Source: a bacterium (GTDB taxonomy: Bacteria; UBP6; JAFGXH01). Taken from it: DNA of 64,000 nt. The translations under genes were made by a program, and so were the position numbers. The notes under the pieces were generated by a model. It worked only from the letters and a program-made list of their open reading frames with translations. It was not told where the DNA came from and made no database searches. Shown piece after piece: positions 19,273 through 28,878 of the stretch; the stretch's first letter is position 1, and each line of letters begins with the position of its first letter. The DNA lies in assembly GCA_027064085.1 (NCBI GenBank), contig JAMOQH010000126.1, positions 5,040 through 69,039 of the forward strand, given 5' to 3'.

Positions 19273-19564
19273 TTATTATTACTTTATCCTCATTACTTAT
19301 GTTCGTGAATTTTATACCCATTTGACCATTGTTTACCCATGCAATAATTCCTTCAGCATAAGCAACCTTATTATTTAGTTCCGGAAAATGTAAGTCTACA
19401 TATACTTCTGTTCCTACTTTTTCAAGTTGTGTTGCTATTATTTTAACTCCACCAACACTTACATCAATTATTTTCTGAAACATTAAAACTTCATTTCCTG
19501 TATAATCAATATATGCTTCACCGGATATTCGAACATGTTGTCTCTTTTGATTGTTTTCTGTCAT
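19235..19564 (-). CDS. Stand-alone PilZ domain protein (c-di-GMP receptor)
   Basis: RQHVR (RxxxR) and DVSVGG (DxSxxG) motifs intact; MGIKF near C-terminus. Confidence 0.9.
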   Translation of the reverse strand: MTENNQKRQHVRISGEAYIDYTGNEVLMFQKIIDVSVGGVKIIATQLEKVGTEVYVDLHFPELNNKVAYAEGIIAWVNNGQMGIKFTNISNEDKVIINEFVKRQENNKK

Positions 19565-19567
19565 TTT

Positions 19568-20383
19568 TTAGTCTCCACATAGATAGAAAGGGTCATATCT
19601 TTTTATTTTTTTACAAAATTTATTTGCTTCTTTTTTATTTCCTATTAATGAATAAGTGTTTTCTATTTTTATTAATAATGAAATATTTTTATTGTTCTTT
19701 TTGTATAGACCTAGGAATACTTTAATAGCTTTATTGTAATGTTTTCTTTTTAGTAATCTTATAGCTTTCATATTTAATGCATTTTCTTCTGATGTGAAAC
19801 CTAAAGATATCTTAATCTTTCTAAGTTCTTTATTTCCAGCATCTCCTAATCCTGCAGGTAAAATAAAACTTGGTTCATTGTTTTGTGCAACATCTGAATC
19901 TTGATTATTATCTTCTGACTGAGGCATTGACTCAGGATGTCTAGGACGAGGCACCACCTCATCCTTACGAGCGAGAGCATTCTTTTTTAGATAGATGATT
20001 TCTACTTTTTCATTAGAGGCAAGATTTTGCTGTTTTATTTTTTTTACTCTTGTATAAATTTTATCATCAATCTTCAAAGAGTTGATGTTATCTTTTTTAA
20101 AGGTTACATCTCTTAAGTACTCAAATTTATCTAATTTATCCTCTTTAACAAATAATTTTAATTTTTTACCATTTATATTTCCTTTCATTAAATGATATAA
20201 AATGTATTGTTCACCTTCAAATTCTTGTTTAATTATTCTGAAAACAGATATCTCATTTTTATTTTGTGAAATAGTTGCTTTATTGCCCGATCCCATTGTA
20301 TTTACTTTCCAGTCACCAATATAAGAGTTTGAAAGTAAGATTGTTGTCAATGAGAAAAAAATTACCATTATCAAGTATTTCAT
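19568..20383 (-). CDS. Secreted hypothetical protein with C-terminal TPR-like helices
   Basis: Signal peptide, beta-rich N-domain, Pro/Gln/Asn linker, TPR-like YNKAIKVF...YSLIGNKKEA. Confidence 0.65.
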   Translation of the reverse strand: MKYLIMVIFFSLTTILLSNSYIGDWKVNTMGSGNKATISQNKNEISVFRIIKQEFEGEQYILYHLMKGNINGKKLKLFVKEDKLDKFEYLRDVTFKKDNINSLKIDDKIYTRVKKIKQQNLASNEKVEIIYLKKNALARKDEVVPRPRHPESMPQSEDNNQDSDVAQNNEPSFILPAGLGDAGNKELRKIKISLGFTSEENALNMKAIRLLKRKHYNKAIKVFLGLYKKNNKNISLLIKIENTYSLIGNKKEANKFCKKIKRYDPFYLCGD

Positions 20384-20488
20384 TGCTCACTCCAAAGATA
20401 TATACCCTAATGATATCGTAATAGCTATAGAAAAATCAAATAAATTATCACAAAATGTTAAATATTGTCATTTTAAAGAAATAACTTA

Positions 20489-21223
20489 CTATTTTATAGA
20501 GTATAAAATAGTTTTTAGTTGCTTTTTAGGGATTCGAGAACCTAAAAAAGAAGCTGTGCCATTTTTGTTTTTCCATATAGCAACAGAAAAACCTTTTTTA
20601 TTTTGTATAAAATATGTTCTATTTTTAATTTTTAGTTTTTCAAATTTGGAAATGGAATCTAATTTATTTATATTTTTATATAATAACTTGTGACCTCTAT
20701 AGTGGTAATAAAGTAAGGGCTTTTTTTTATTAAAGGCCAAACCTAATGGGGTTATCTTTATTTTATTTTTATCAAATTGCAATAATTTAAATTTTTTATA
20801 GTTATGATACTTTATCCATTTTGATAGTTTTGTTTCATTATTTGACGCTATTTTTATGTCTTTTTTCAAATCTAATTTATAATCATTTGATAATGTAGAG
20901 TAGCCCATAGAAATTTTTGATATAAAAATAACTGATATAAATAGGGCTGCTATACTTGCCATTCCTTTTGTTGTAAAAAAATTGTAATTAATTGAAAATT
21001 GTTTTTTATTATTAAGAATTCTTTCTCTTAACTCAGAAGGTGCTTTTGGCATTGTTTTTTTTACTTCTGATTTTAAAAATTTATGAAATTCTGATTCATA
21101 ATTATATAAATTTCTACAAGTAACACAAGATTTTAGATGTTCTTCAACTTCCAAATACTCTTGTTCTGTAAGTTCATTATCTAGATAATTATATAGAAAC
21201 ATTTCAACCGTTTTACAATTCAT
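20489..21223 (-). CDS. ZAS (zf-HC2) transmembrane anti-sigma factor
   Basis: MNC...YLDNEL...EEHLKSCVTC (HxxxCxxC), one TM helix, immediately downstream of the ECF sigma. Confidence 0.9.
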   Translation of the reverse strand: MNCKTVEMFLYNYLDNELTEQEYLEVEEHLKSCVTCRNLYNYESEFHKFLKSEVKKTMPKAPSELRERILNNKKQFSINYNFFTTKGMASIAALFISVIFISKISMGYSTLSNDYKLDLKKDIKIASNNETKLSKWIKYHNYKKFKLLQFDKNKIKITPLGLAFNKKKPLLYYHYRGHKLLYKNINKLDSISKFEKLKIKNRTYFIQNKKGFSVAIWKNKNGTASFLGSRIPKKQLKTILYSIK

Positions 21224-21224
21224 A

Positions 21225-21836
21225 TTATCCTACCAATTTTATAATTTTGTTGATATTTTTATTTGTTTTCTTATCTTCTTTTAATATACCCATTTCTTGA
21301 GCTCTTGCATATAATTTACTTTGAAGTTTTTTTCTTGCTCTAAATAATTGACTCATTACTGTTCCCATTGGAGCATCTATTATTTCTGAGATTTCTTTAT
21401 AGGAAAACTCATATACATCTGCATATAAAATCATCATTTTAAAGTTATCGGGAAGAGAGTCTAGTTCCTTATAAATATCTTCACCTAATTTTTTGAAAAA
21501 ATATTTATTTTCAGGAGAGCGATTTTCCTTTTTTACGCTATCTTCAAGCCAATTATAGTAAACACTTTCATTGTCGTTAAAATCCATAATTAAATTTTCT
21601 CTTCGTTTTTTTCTGTAATCATTTATAAATGTATTTGTTAGGATTCTAAACAACCATGCTTTTAGGTTTGTATCTTCTTTAAATTTTTTATAGTAGCGAA
21701 ATGCTTTTAGATATGTCTCTTGGACCAAATCAGAGGCTTTTGATTCATCTCTTGTAAATTTAAGAGCCAAGTAATATAAATTGTCCATATATCTTATCGC
21801 TTCTGTTTCAAACTTCTTTCTTTTATTATTAAACAA
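21225..21836 (-). CDS. ECF RNA polymerase sigma factor (SigH/SigR-like)
   Basis: DLVQETYLKAF, LKAWLFRILTNTFINDYRK, SYKEISEIIDAPMGTVMSQLFRARKKL; TTG start at 21836 after GGAGG is inferred. Confidence 0.92.
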   Translation of the reverse strand: MFNNKRKKFETEAIRYMDNLYYLALKFTRDESKASDLVQETYLKAFRYYKKFKEDTNLKAWLFRILTNTFINDYRKKRRENLIMDFNDNESVYYNWLEDSVKKENRSPENKYFFKKLGEDIYKELDSLPDNFKMMILYADVYEFSYKEISEIIDAPMGTVMSQLFRARKKLQSKLYARAQEMGILKEDKKTNKNINKIIKLVG

Positions 21837-21989
21837 AATAATACCTCCTTCTATAATCAATATAAAATCAATTATCATATAGTAAACAAAGTATGACGAT
21901 TTTTATTTCATACTCATTTATATATTAACAATAAAAAAAAAATTTGCAAGATTCTTGATTGAATGGTAAAAAGAATGTTTTAGAGTTTC

Positions 21990-22958
21990 ATGCTTAGATA
22001 TTTTTATATTTTAGTTTTTAGTTTATATTTATCTCCAAATTTATGTTTTAGTAATTTAACAGATAATAATGACCCAAAAAACATAGTCAAGAAAAAAGAT
22101 AATATCTTTATTTTAAGTAGTAGTAGAAATACAATTAATAATTTATTTAAATATTCAATACAAGGAATGGATTATTTATTTTCATTTGGTTATGGTTATA
22201 ATTCAGATAAAACTTCTTATATAGATTTTAAAATAGGTCCATTATTTGAAAAGTATAGTGATGAAATTTATAATTGGGATATCAATGCGAATATAATACT
22301 ACCAAATACAGAAAAAAGATTTCACTTGTTTATGAATAATCTGGAAACAAAATCTGATAATACGAGTTATTCTAAGTCTAAGGATATGGAAAAAAAACAA
22401 ACATTTATTTTAGGTTTACAATTTACTAAAACTTTTTTTAGTTATTTTACTCCGGGTATTTCACTTGGAGCAAAATTTAATTCATTTTATCCTGACCCTT
22501 TTTTAAGATCTTCTTTAAGAATAAAAATAAATCCAAGTAAAAGTTGGAGTATTAAATTAGGCGATTCTTTATATTATTTTTACTTTTATAAAATAGAAAA
22601 TAAAGCTTATTTAAATTTAACTTACTCAATTAACAAGAGAACTGAAATTATAAATTACAATAATTATCGTTATCGGGAGTATTTTAAATTACATGAAATA
22701 AAAAATGGACTAGGAATTTATCATATAATTTCTAGAACAATGATGCTAAATTATGAAATGGAAGTTTTAAGAAAAAAAGATAGGTTATTTTCTCTTGATA
22801 TCTCATACTATTATATAGGTTCAACATTTAAGCATATTTTTTATAGTGATTGGTTATATTATGAACTGAAGCCGGGATTTTATTTCAAGACAGAAAATAA
22901 TTTTAATATTAGTCCAAGAATTTTACTATATTTTGGTATTATTTTCAGGAGTGAATAA
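21990..22958 (+). CDS. Putative outer-membrane beta-barrel protein
   Basis: Signal-like N-terminus, aromatic-rich amphipathic strands, YELKPG and C-terminal YFGIIF. Confidence 0.55.
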   Translation: MLRYFYILVFSLYLSPNLCFSNLTDNNDPKNIVKKKDNIFILSSSRNTINNLFKYSIQGMDYLFSFGYGYNSDKTSYIDFKIGPLFEKYSDEIYNWDINANIILPNTEKRFHLFMNNLETKSDNTSYSKSKDMEKKQTFILGLQFTKTFFSYFTPGISLGAKFNSFYPDPFLRSSLRIKINPSKSWSIKLGDSLYYFYFYKIENKAYLNLTYSINKRTEIINYNNYRYREYFKLHEIKNGLGIYHIISRTMMLNYEMEVLRKKDRLFSLDISYYYIGSTFKHIFYSDWLYYELKPGFYFKTENNFNISPRILLYFGIIFRSE

Positions 22959-23019
22959 AAATATTGAATTAATTGTTAAGAAATACTATATTCAACTATA
23001 GTTTTTTATTGGAGTATTT

Positions 23020-23256
23020 ATGGAGAAGAAAGAGATTTTCAACAAAGTTAAAGAGATTTTTAAAATTGAATTTACTGATTATAATAAGGAGATAACAATG
23101 AATACAACTTTTGATGATATAAAGGGGTATGAATTAAATAAAAAAGAATTCCTTTTACAAGTAGAGGAGTTTTTTGAAATTAAAATTGCTCCTAGAAATT
23201 TAGTTAAAATTAATATGATAAAAGATTTAGTTGAACATTTATATAGAATTGTTTAA
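23020..23256 (+). CDS. Acyl-carrier-protein-like protein lacking the phosphopantetheine serine
   Basis: 78 aa; IFNKVKEI...ITMNTTF.D...EFLLQVEEFFEIKI...IKDLVEHL matches the ACP pattern; GGAG RBS; no Ser in the protein. Confidence 0.7.
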   Translation: MEKKEIFNKVKEIFKIEFTDYNKEITMNTTFDDIKGYELNKKEFLLQVEEFFEIKIAPRNLVKINMIKDLVEHLYRIV

Positions 23257-23257
23257 T

Positions 23258-24136
23258 TTACTCTTCTTTACTTTCTAAATCTTCTTTTTTTCTAAATTTT
23301 TCAAGTAATATAACAAGAAAGATACTAAATAAATAAAGAATTATTAATGGTGCTGCCATTAACACTTGAGACATTATATCGGGTGGCGTTAATACTGCTG
23401 CTGTTAAAAAAATTAAAACTAATGCAAATTTAAAAAACTTAATTAACCCTCTTGATGAAATGATTCTCAAAAAAGCTAACATTAATAAAACAAGTGGTAA
23501 TTCAAAAATAATACCAAAACCGAGAAGCATTTTTGAAAATATTTTAAAGTATGCATCCATGGTTAATATTGGTGTTAAACCTGTTTTTGCAAAGCTTAAC
23601 GCAAAATCAATTATAAATGGAAAAACCAAGAAATAACCACTTAATGCTCCTCCAACAAATAAGATTGTTGCAAATATTACTATAGGTATAATAAAATGAG
23701 ATTCACTTTCTTTAAAAGCAGGAGCAAAAAAACGCCACATAAAATAGAATATAAATGGAAACGATATGAATAATCCTGTCAATAGTGCAACTTTTAAATA
23801 TATTAAAAATGGTTCAAATGGACCTTGGTAATACAAAGGGGATTTCTCAACAACAGAACCTAAATGTAATTGTATGGTATGAGCAATATTTGTTAATTCT
23901 GCTTTAGGTAAACTAGGAGAAATTTTATGTAGTAATGATACTAAATCAATTTCTGTTAAAGGCTTTGTGTTTAATTGAGGGAAATGTGCATCAATAGGCT
24001 TTCTTAATATATTGAATATATCCTCAGCCCAACTCCACGATATTAAAAATCCTACTAATAACGATAGAGATGAATACTTTAATGCCTTTCTTAAATCTTT
24101 GAGATGTTCTGTAAATGTGAGCTCTTGATCTCTCAA
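23258..24136 (-). CDS. tatC: Twin-arginine translocase subunit TatC
   Basis: TFTEHLKDLRK, WRFFAPA, GFGIIFELP, AAVLTPPDIMSQVLMAAP. Confidence 0.95.
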   Translation of the reverse strand: MRDQELTFTEHLKDLRKALKYSSLSLLVGFLISWSWAEDIFNILRKPIDAHFPQLNTKPLTEIDLVSLLHKISPSLPKAELTNIAHTIQLHLGSVVEKSPLYYQGPFEPFLIYLKVALLTGLFISFPFIFYFMWRFFAPAFKESESHFIIPIVIFATILFVGGALSGYFLVFPFIIDFALSFAKTGLTPILTMDAYFKIFSKMLLGFGIIFELPLVLLMLAFLRIISSRGLIKFFKFALVLIFLTAAVLTPPDIMSQVLMAAPLIILYLFSIFLVILLEKFRKKEDLESKEE

Positions 24137-24137
24137 C

Positions 24138-24407
24138 TTACTTTCTTATACCTAAATCCTTGATTAACTTTTGGTATCTTTCATTAGATTTACCTTTTAA
24201 ATAAGTAAGAAGTTTTTTTCTTTTTGCAATCATTTTAAACAAACCTTGACGAGAATGATAATCGTGCTTATGTAATTTAAAATGTTCTGTTAATATTTTT
24301 ATCTTAGTTGTTAATATAGCAACTTGAACTTCTGGTGAACCTGTATCACCTTCATGTTGTTTAAAGTGATTAATGATAATTTCTTTTTCTTCTCTTAACA
24401 ATGCCAT
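24138..24407 (-). CDS. rpsO: 30S ribosomal protein S15
   Basis: [29 protein letters not shown]; 89 aa. Confidence 0.98.
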   Translation of the reverse strand: MALLREEKEIIINHFKQHEGDTGSPEVQVAILTTKIKILTEHFKLHKHDYHSRQGLFKMIAKRKKLLTYLKGKSNERYQKLIKDLGIRK

Positions 24408-24442
24408 TTGTACTCTCCATATATTCTACAAACAAGACCCGT

Positions 24443-24471
24443 AATATAATCTATTTGTATTAAATTGTCAA
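24443..24471 (-). promoter_or_regulatory. sigma70 promoter of rpsO-tatC
   Basis: TTGACA-N17-TATATT. Confidence 0.7.
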
Positions 24472-24632
24472 GAGTAATTATACAAAAGTTAAACAAATTT
24501 TAAGTTTCAGTTACAAATATCAAACAAGTGATATACTAAAAACCAGTAAAACGCTGTAATTTGCTTAACTTTTCAAGTGAAAATGCGATAAGAGAGAGTA
24601 TATGTATTCACTTTGGTGAGCAGTTGAACGAC

Positions 24633-24666
24633 AGTATAAAAGACAAATTTATTTGGCTTTTATACT
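24633..24666. terminator. Terminator-like hairpin downstream of the hemolysin III gene
   Basis: AGTATAAAAG-ACAAAT-TT-ATTTGG-CTTTTATACT inverted repeat. Confidence 0.6.
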
Positions 24667-24678
24667 CAAACACTATCC

Positions 24679-25320
24679 TTAATCCATATATAAAATATAT
24701 TTATAAAGTAACATAAATTGAGCCAAACTACCTAGTAATACAAAAATATGCCATAATTCATGAAAACCAAAATATTTAAAATCAGGTTTTTTAATTGTAT
24801 AAATTATTGCTCCAATAGAATAAAATGCTCCTTCTATTAAAAGCCAATCTAATGCACCGCTTGAAATGGACTTAGATAAAGGGTAAATCGCAATAAGTAC
24901 AAGCCAACCCATAAATAAGTAAAGCCCAACATATAACTTTCTAGGCATATCTAGCCAAAATAATTTTAAAAATAATCCTATAATTGTGATTCCCCACGCT
25001 ACACCAAATAAGCTCCATCCCCAAGCTCCTTTTAAGCCAATTAAGGTGATAGGAGTATAACTTCCTGCTATCATTACAAAAATCATAATGTGATCAATTT
25101 TTCTTAAAGTTTTTAATGTTTTAGCACCTACACTTGCCCAATGATAAACTGTACTAGATGTGTAAAGCATAATCATACTTGCTGAAAATATAGAAAATGA
25201 TACAACATGTAAGGTTTTCCCCATTTTTACAGCAGGAACTACTAATATAGGCAAAGAGGCTATCGCAAACAGTATTCCAATAAAATGTGTTGCTCCATTC
25301 ATCGGCTCTCTTAACTTCAT
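24679..25320 (-). CDS. Hemolysin III / PAQR family membrane protein
   Basis: EPMNGATH, SSTVYH, KIDHIMIFVMIAGSYTP, HELWHIFVLLGS. Confidence 0.95.
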   Translation of the reverse strand: MKLREPMNGATHFIGILFAIASLPILVVPAVKMGKTLHVVSFSIFSASMIMLYTSSTVYHWASVGAKTLKTLRKIDHIMIFVMIAGSYTPITLIGLKGAWGWSLFGVAWGITIIGLFLKLFWLDMPRKLYVGLYLFMGWLVLIAIYPLSKSISSGALDWLLIEGAFYSIGAIIYTIKKPDFKYFGFHELWHIFVLLGSLAQFMLLYKYILYMD

Positions 25321-25518
25321 AAATATCTCTCAAAATAAATAAACAATACCATTAAAATTATATTAATACTATTTAACAATATGTCAATAAAAAAGATTGA
25401 TTTATTCAATAAAACTTCCCTAAAACTCAGGATTTATACTTTTCTTATAGATTATTGTAAAAAAAGATTGATTTATTATATAAAATTTTATATAATAACG
25501 AGTTTTAATGGAGGGATA

Positions 25519-25806
25519 ATGGCAAGAGTAACTGTAGAAGACTGCCTAGTGAAAATACCAAATAGATTTGCATTAGTAATTCTTGCAACACAAAGAACAA
25601 GAATGTTGCTTAGAGGAGCTGATCCAAAAATTGAAAGTGATAATAAATTTCCTGTTATTGCTCTTAGAGAAATCGCAGCAGGTTATGTAAGATTTACAAG
25701 AGATGTAGAAGAAGAATTAAAAGAAACATTTGATGAATTTAAAATCTCTTATTACTACCCAAAAGAAAAGAATACCGATGAAGTTTCAGGATTAACTCTT
25801 ATTTAG
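25519..25806 (+). CDS. rpoZ: RNA polymerase omega subunit
   Basis: [10 protein letters not shown]...NRFALV...ALREIAAG; start reset to ATG 25519 after GGAGG. Confidence 0.95.
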   Translation: MARVTVEDCLVKIPNRFALVILATQRTRMLLRGADPKIESDNKFPVIALREIAAGYVRFTRDVEEELKETFDEFKISYYYPKEKNTDEVSGLTLI

Positions 25807-26758
25807 TATTTTCTATTTTTATTTTTAAATAATTTGCAATTTCAGTATTATTTTCGTCTATAGCAATTTCAAAACTATTTTTTCCATTATTATTTTCTTG
25901 TGTAATATCAGCACCAGATTCAACAAGTACTTTTACTATTTCAAGGTTTTTGCTCATTACTGCACTCATTAAAGCGGTCCAGTTGAAGTTCGTTTTAGTG
26001 TTTACATTTGCTCCATAACCTAGAATAAGCATTACTGCATCGAGTTTTCCTGATTTAGCAGCACTCATTAATGTAGTCCAACCATCTCTATTTTGGGAGT
26101 TCATTTTTATACCTATAGAGTCTAAAAATGTCATCATTTCAATATTTCCTTTTTCTGAAGCAATTATCATTAAATTTGATTTGTTTTTATTTTTTCTCCA
26201 AAATTTAGGCATTTTAGTTTTAATATATTTAAGTATCTCTAAATTACCTCCTAACACAGCAAATTGAATTATTGTATAACCTTCATATAATCCTTCTTCT
26301 ATTTTAAATTTGATATGAACTTTATAGGTTTCTATTAATTTTTTGAAATTTTTATAATCCCCATTTTCTGTAACTATTGAAATTAAATTTCTACCATTAA
26401 AGTTAAATTTATTAAGTTTTGCTTTATTTTTTAATAATTCATTAAAAACTTTATATCTTTTATTTAAATAAGCAATTATTATTGGTGTATTATCTAAAGA
26501 ATCAGGTTCATTAATATCATTTATTTTATTTTTTATTAACCATATAGAAATATCATCGTAACCTTTTCTTATGGAATATATTAAAAAACTATCTGTTTTA
26601 TTTATTTTTTTATTTAACTTATAACCTTTTTGGTGAAATTCTTTTAAATCTTGTAAACGCCCTCTTTCTATTGCTTCAAGAGGTGTTTTAGCTTTACAAG
26701 ATGATAATATAATTAATAATATTATTAAAAATATATATAAGATTCTTTTAATTTTCAT
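25799..26758 (-). CDS. Ankyrin-repeat lipoprotein
   Basis: Lipobox LSSC; about 8 ankyrin repeats ([22 protein letters not shown]). Confidence 0.9.
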   Translation of the reverse strand: MKIKRILYIFLIILLIILSSCKAKTPLEAIERGRLQDLKEFHQKGYKLNKKINKTDSFLIYSIRKGYDDISIWLIKNKINDINEPDSLDNTPIIIAYLNKRYKVFNELLKNKAKLNKFNFNGRNLISIVTENGDYKNFKKLIETYKVHIKFKIEEGLYEGYTIIQFAVLGGNLEILKYIKTKMPKFWRKNKNKSNLMIIASEKGNIEMMTFLDSIGIKMNSQNRDGWTTLMSAAKSGKLDAVMLILGYGANVNTKTNFNWTALMSAVMSKNLEIVKVLVESGADITQENNNGKNSFEIAIDENNTEIANYLKIKIENTK

Positions 26759-26765
26759 AACAACC

Positions 26766-27308
26766 TTAAAAATAAGTTCCTATACCTATATAATAATTAA
26801 GGTACAAACTAGTTGTATTTTTACCATTTATTAAGAAACTAGTAAAGTTATTATATGTATAAAGCCTTAATAAATTAAATAAAGAGAATTCTATACCTAT
26901 AGAGATAGATATTCCTAAGTCAAAATATGGATAAAGAGCTGTTTTTAACTCTAGCTTTGTATATAAAATTTCATATAATCTAAGCTTGTATCCCATTTCT
27001 ATTGTTGTTAAGGAGTTTATAATGTTATAGTTTACTTGCCCCGTTAATCCATTATAAAATAAGAAGTATTTATCAATTCCTATAGAAATTTTATCTACAT
27101 TAAATGAGAATTTACTATTATTTAAGTTGTTCCAAACCCAAATGCTTCCTCCTAGAGATGTATTTATTTGAATTCTATTTGTTAAGTCACTGATTTTAAG
27201 TGTGTTAAATTTTCTTATTTCTGGTTTAGGTATTTTATTTTCAGTGTATTTAGATAATAAGGGAGAGGAAAATATAAGAAATATAAAAAATATAAAAAAT
27301 TTATTCAT
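26766..27308 (-). CDS. Putative small outer-membrane beta-barrel protein
   Basis: Signal peptide, alternating strands, C-terminal YIGIGTYF. Confidence 0.6.
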   Translation of the reverse strand: MNKFFIFFIFLIFSSPLLSKYTENKIPKPEIRKFNTLKISDLTNRIQINTSLGGSIWVWNNLNNSKFSFNVDKISIGIDKYFLFYNGLTGQVNYNIINSLTTIEMGYKLRLYEILYTKLELKTALYPYFDLGISISIGIEFSLFNLLRLYTYNNFTSFLINGKNTTSLYLNYYIGIGTYF

Positions 27309-27796
27309 TAAAATTCTATCCTTATAAAAAAAACTCCACTTATTGACACTGCAATATATTTATTGGTTCCAATAAATGTATAAACAGAAGCTTCAGTACC
27401 AATTTTTAGTCTTTTCCATATATTGTAGGCATGAAATAGTGCTCCTCCATAAGCTCTAAAATAAATCAAATGATTTAAATTGTTATCATTTAGCATATAA
27501 TAACCTCCTCCATAACCAATAAAAGGATGAATATCAAAAAAATAAAATTCATACATCCAAGATAGTTCTAGTTGTATCTTTGATAATTTATTAAATTCAA
27601 AATTAGTAGAAATATTACTCTTAATATATAAGTTTTTACCTATATCAAAATTAAAAATTAATCCATTATGTATATTTTTGTAATCTTCAGTTTTTAGAGT
27701 CCTTATGTATGTCATTTCTGAATCAAAAGAAACCCAGTTTTTTGAAAAGATATTTATTGTAGCTGTAAATATAATTAAATATATAAATATTTTCAT
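27308..27796 (-). CDS. Putative small outer-membrane beta-barrel protein
   Basis: Signal peptide, HPFIGYGGGY strand, C-terminal FIRIEF. Confidence 0.6.
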   Translation of the reverse strand: MKIFIYLIIFTATINIFSKNWVSFDSEMTYIRTLKTEDYKNIHNGLIFNFDIGKNLYIKSNISTNFEFNKLSKIQLELSWMYEFYFFDIHPFIGYGGGYYMLNDNNLNHLIYFRAYGGALFHAYNIWKRLKIGTEASVYTFIGTNKYIAVSISGVFFIRIEF

Positions 27797-28878
27797 TTAT
27801 CTATGTATTCTAGAACTTTTTTTAAAATTATTTCTTCTGTTTTTTGTTTAGGTAGTAAATCAAAGCTAGATTTCATTTCAGAATATTTTTCAGGAGAATT
27901 TTTTAATTCCATGATTTTACTGATTAGAATATCAGGAGTTAAATCTTTTTCTTCTATCATAATAGCTGAATTACTATCCACTAATTCTCGTGCATTTAAA
28001 ACTTGATGATTATCCGTAGCTTGTGGAAACGGTATTAAAATAGATGGTTTTTTAACTAGTTTTAATTCAGAAAGAGTAGTCGCTCCAGCTCTGCATATAA
28101 TTAAGTCTGCATTATTATAAGCAGTTGACATATCCTCTATAAATGTTGTTAATTCGATGTTTTCGGCTTTAGGATTAAATTTAGAGTATAATTCTCTAGT
28201 TTTGTCATAGGTGTATTTACCTGTTTGGTGAATGATATTAAAATCTTTTAAGTTAGGAGATGCTTCTGCAATAATTTCATTTATTTTTCTAGCTCCTTGA
28301 CTTCCACCAAATATTAAAATATTTTTGATTTCACTGTTACTTTTTTTTATTTCTATTTCTCTGATTGCTTTTCTTACTGGATTTCCACTAAATACAATTT
28401 TTTCTTTTTTAAAAAATTTATGTGAATATTCAAATGTTGTAAAAATATTATTTACAAACTTACTTAATATTTTGTTGGTAATACCTGGAACGGAGTTTTG
28501 TTCAAAGATAAATGTAGGATATTTCTCCATCCATGCAGATATTAATGCTGGCCCCGATGCATAACCTCCTAAACCAATAACAGCATCAGGAACAAAATTA
28601 TTTATTATTTCTTTGGATTTAAATATAGAACTTGGGATTTTAAATAAATTTTTTATAGTATTTTTTTTACTTGTACCTTTTATTCCGCCAATATCAATTA
28701 ACTCTAATTTAAAATTTGTTGCAGGAACTTTTTCCACTTCAATACCTTTTTTAGTTCCTATGAATAAAATATCTACATTTGTTAGGTTTTCTTTGAGATA
28801 GTTGGCAAATGCCAAGCCTGGAAATAGGTGGCCACCTGTTCCTCCTCCTGCAAAAATGAATCTATAATTTTTTTTCAT
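27793..28878 (-). CDS. murG: Lipid I GlcNAc transferase MurG
   Basis: GGGTGGHLFPG, GGYASGP, EQNSVPG, GNPVR, GGSQGA, RAGATT, DNHQVLNA. Confidence 0.98.
   Translation of the reverse strand: MKKNYRFIFAGGGTGGHLFPGLAFANYLKENLTNVDILFIGTKKGIEVEKVPATNFKLELIDIGGIKGTSKKNTIKNLFKIPSSIFKSKEIINNFVPDAVIGLGGYASGPALISAWMEKYPTFIFEQNSVPGITNKILSKFVNNIFTTFEYSHKFFKKEKIVFSGNPVRKAIREIEIKKSNSEIKNILIFGGSQGARKINEIIAEASPNLKDFNIIHQTGKYTYDKTRELYSKFNPKAENIELTTFIEDMSTAYNNADLIICRAGATTLSELKLVKKPSILIPFPQATDNHQVLNARELVDSNSAIMIEEKDLTPDILISKIMELKNSPEKYSEMKSSFDLLPKQKTEEIILKKVLEYIDK

Noticed and set aside
21880-21915. Autoregulatory ECF promoter (GAAAT-N17-GTT on the minus strand) upstream of the ECF sigma
   Set aside because: Match to SigR-type GGAAT-N18-GTT is weak and expected by chance in AT-rich DNA
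25381-25518. N-terminal extension of rpoZ in the track (likewise 43786-43896 for the acyl-CoA ligase, 18591-18626 for the AAA ATPase, and MEEI on flagellins)
   Set aside because: Downstream ATGs have clear SD sequences and match family N-termini; the extensions cover promoter or RBS DNA
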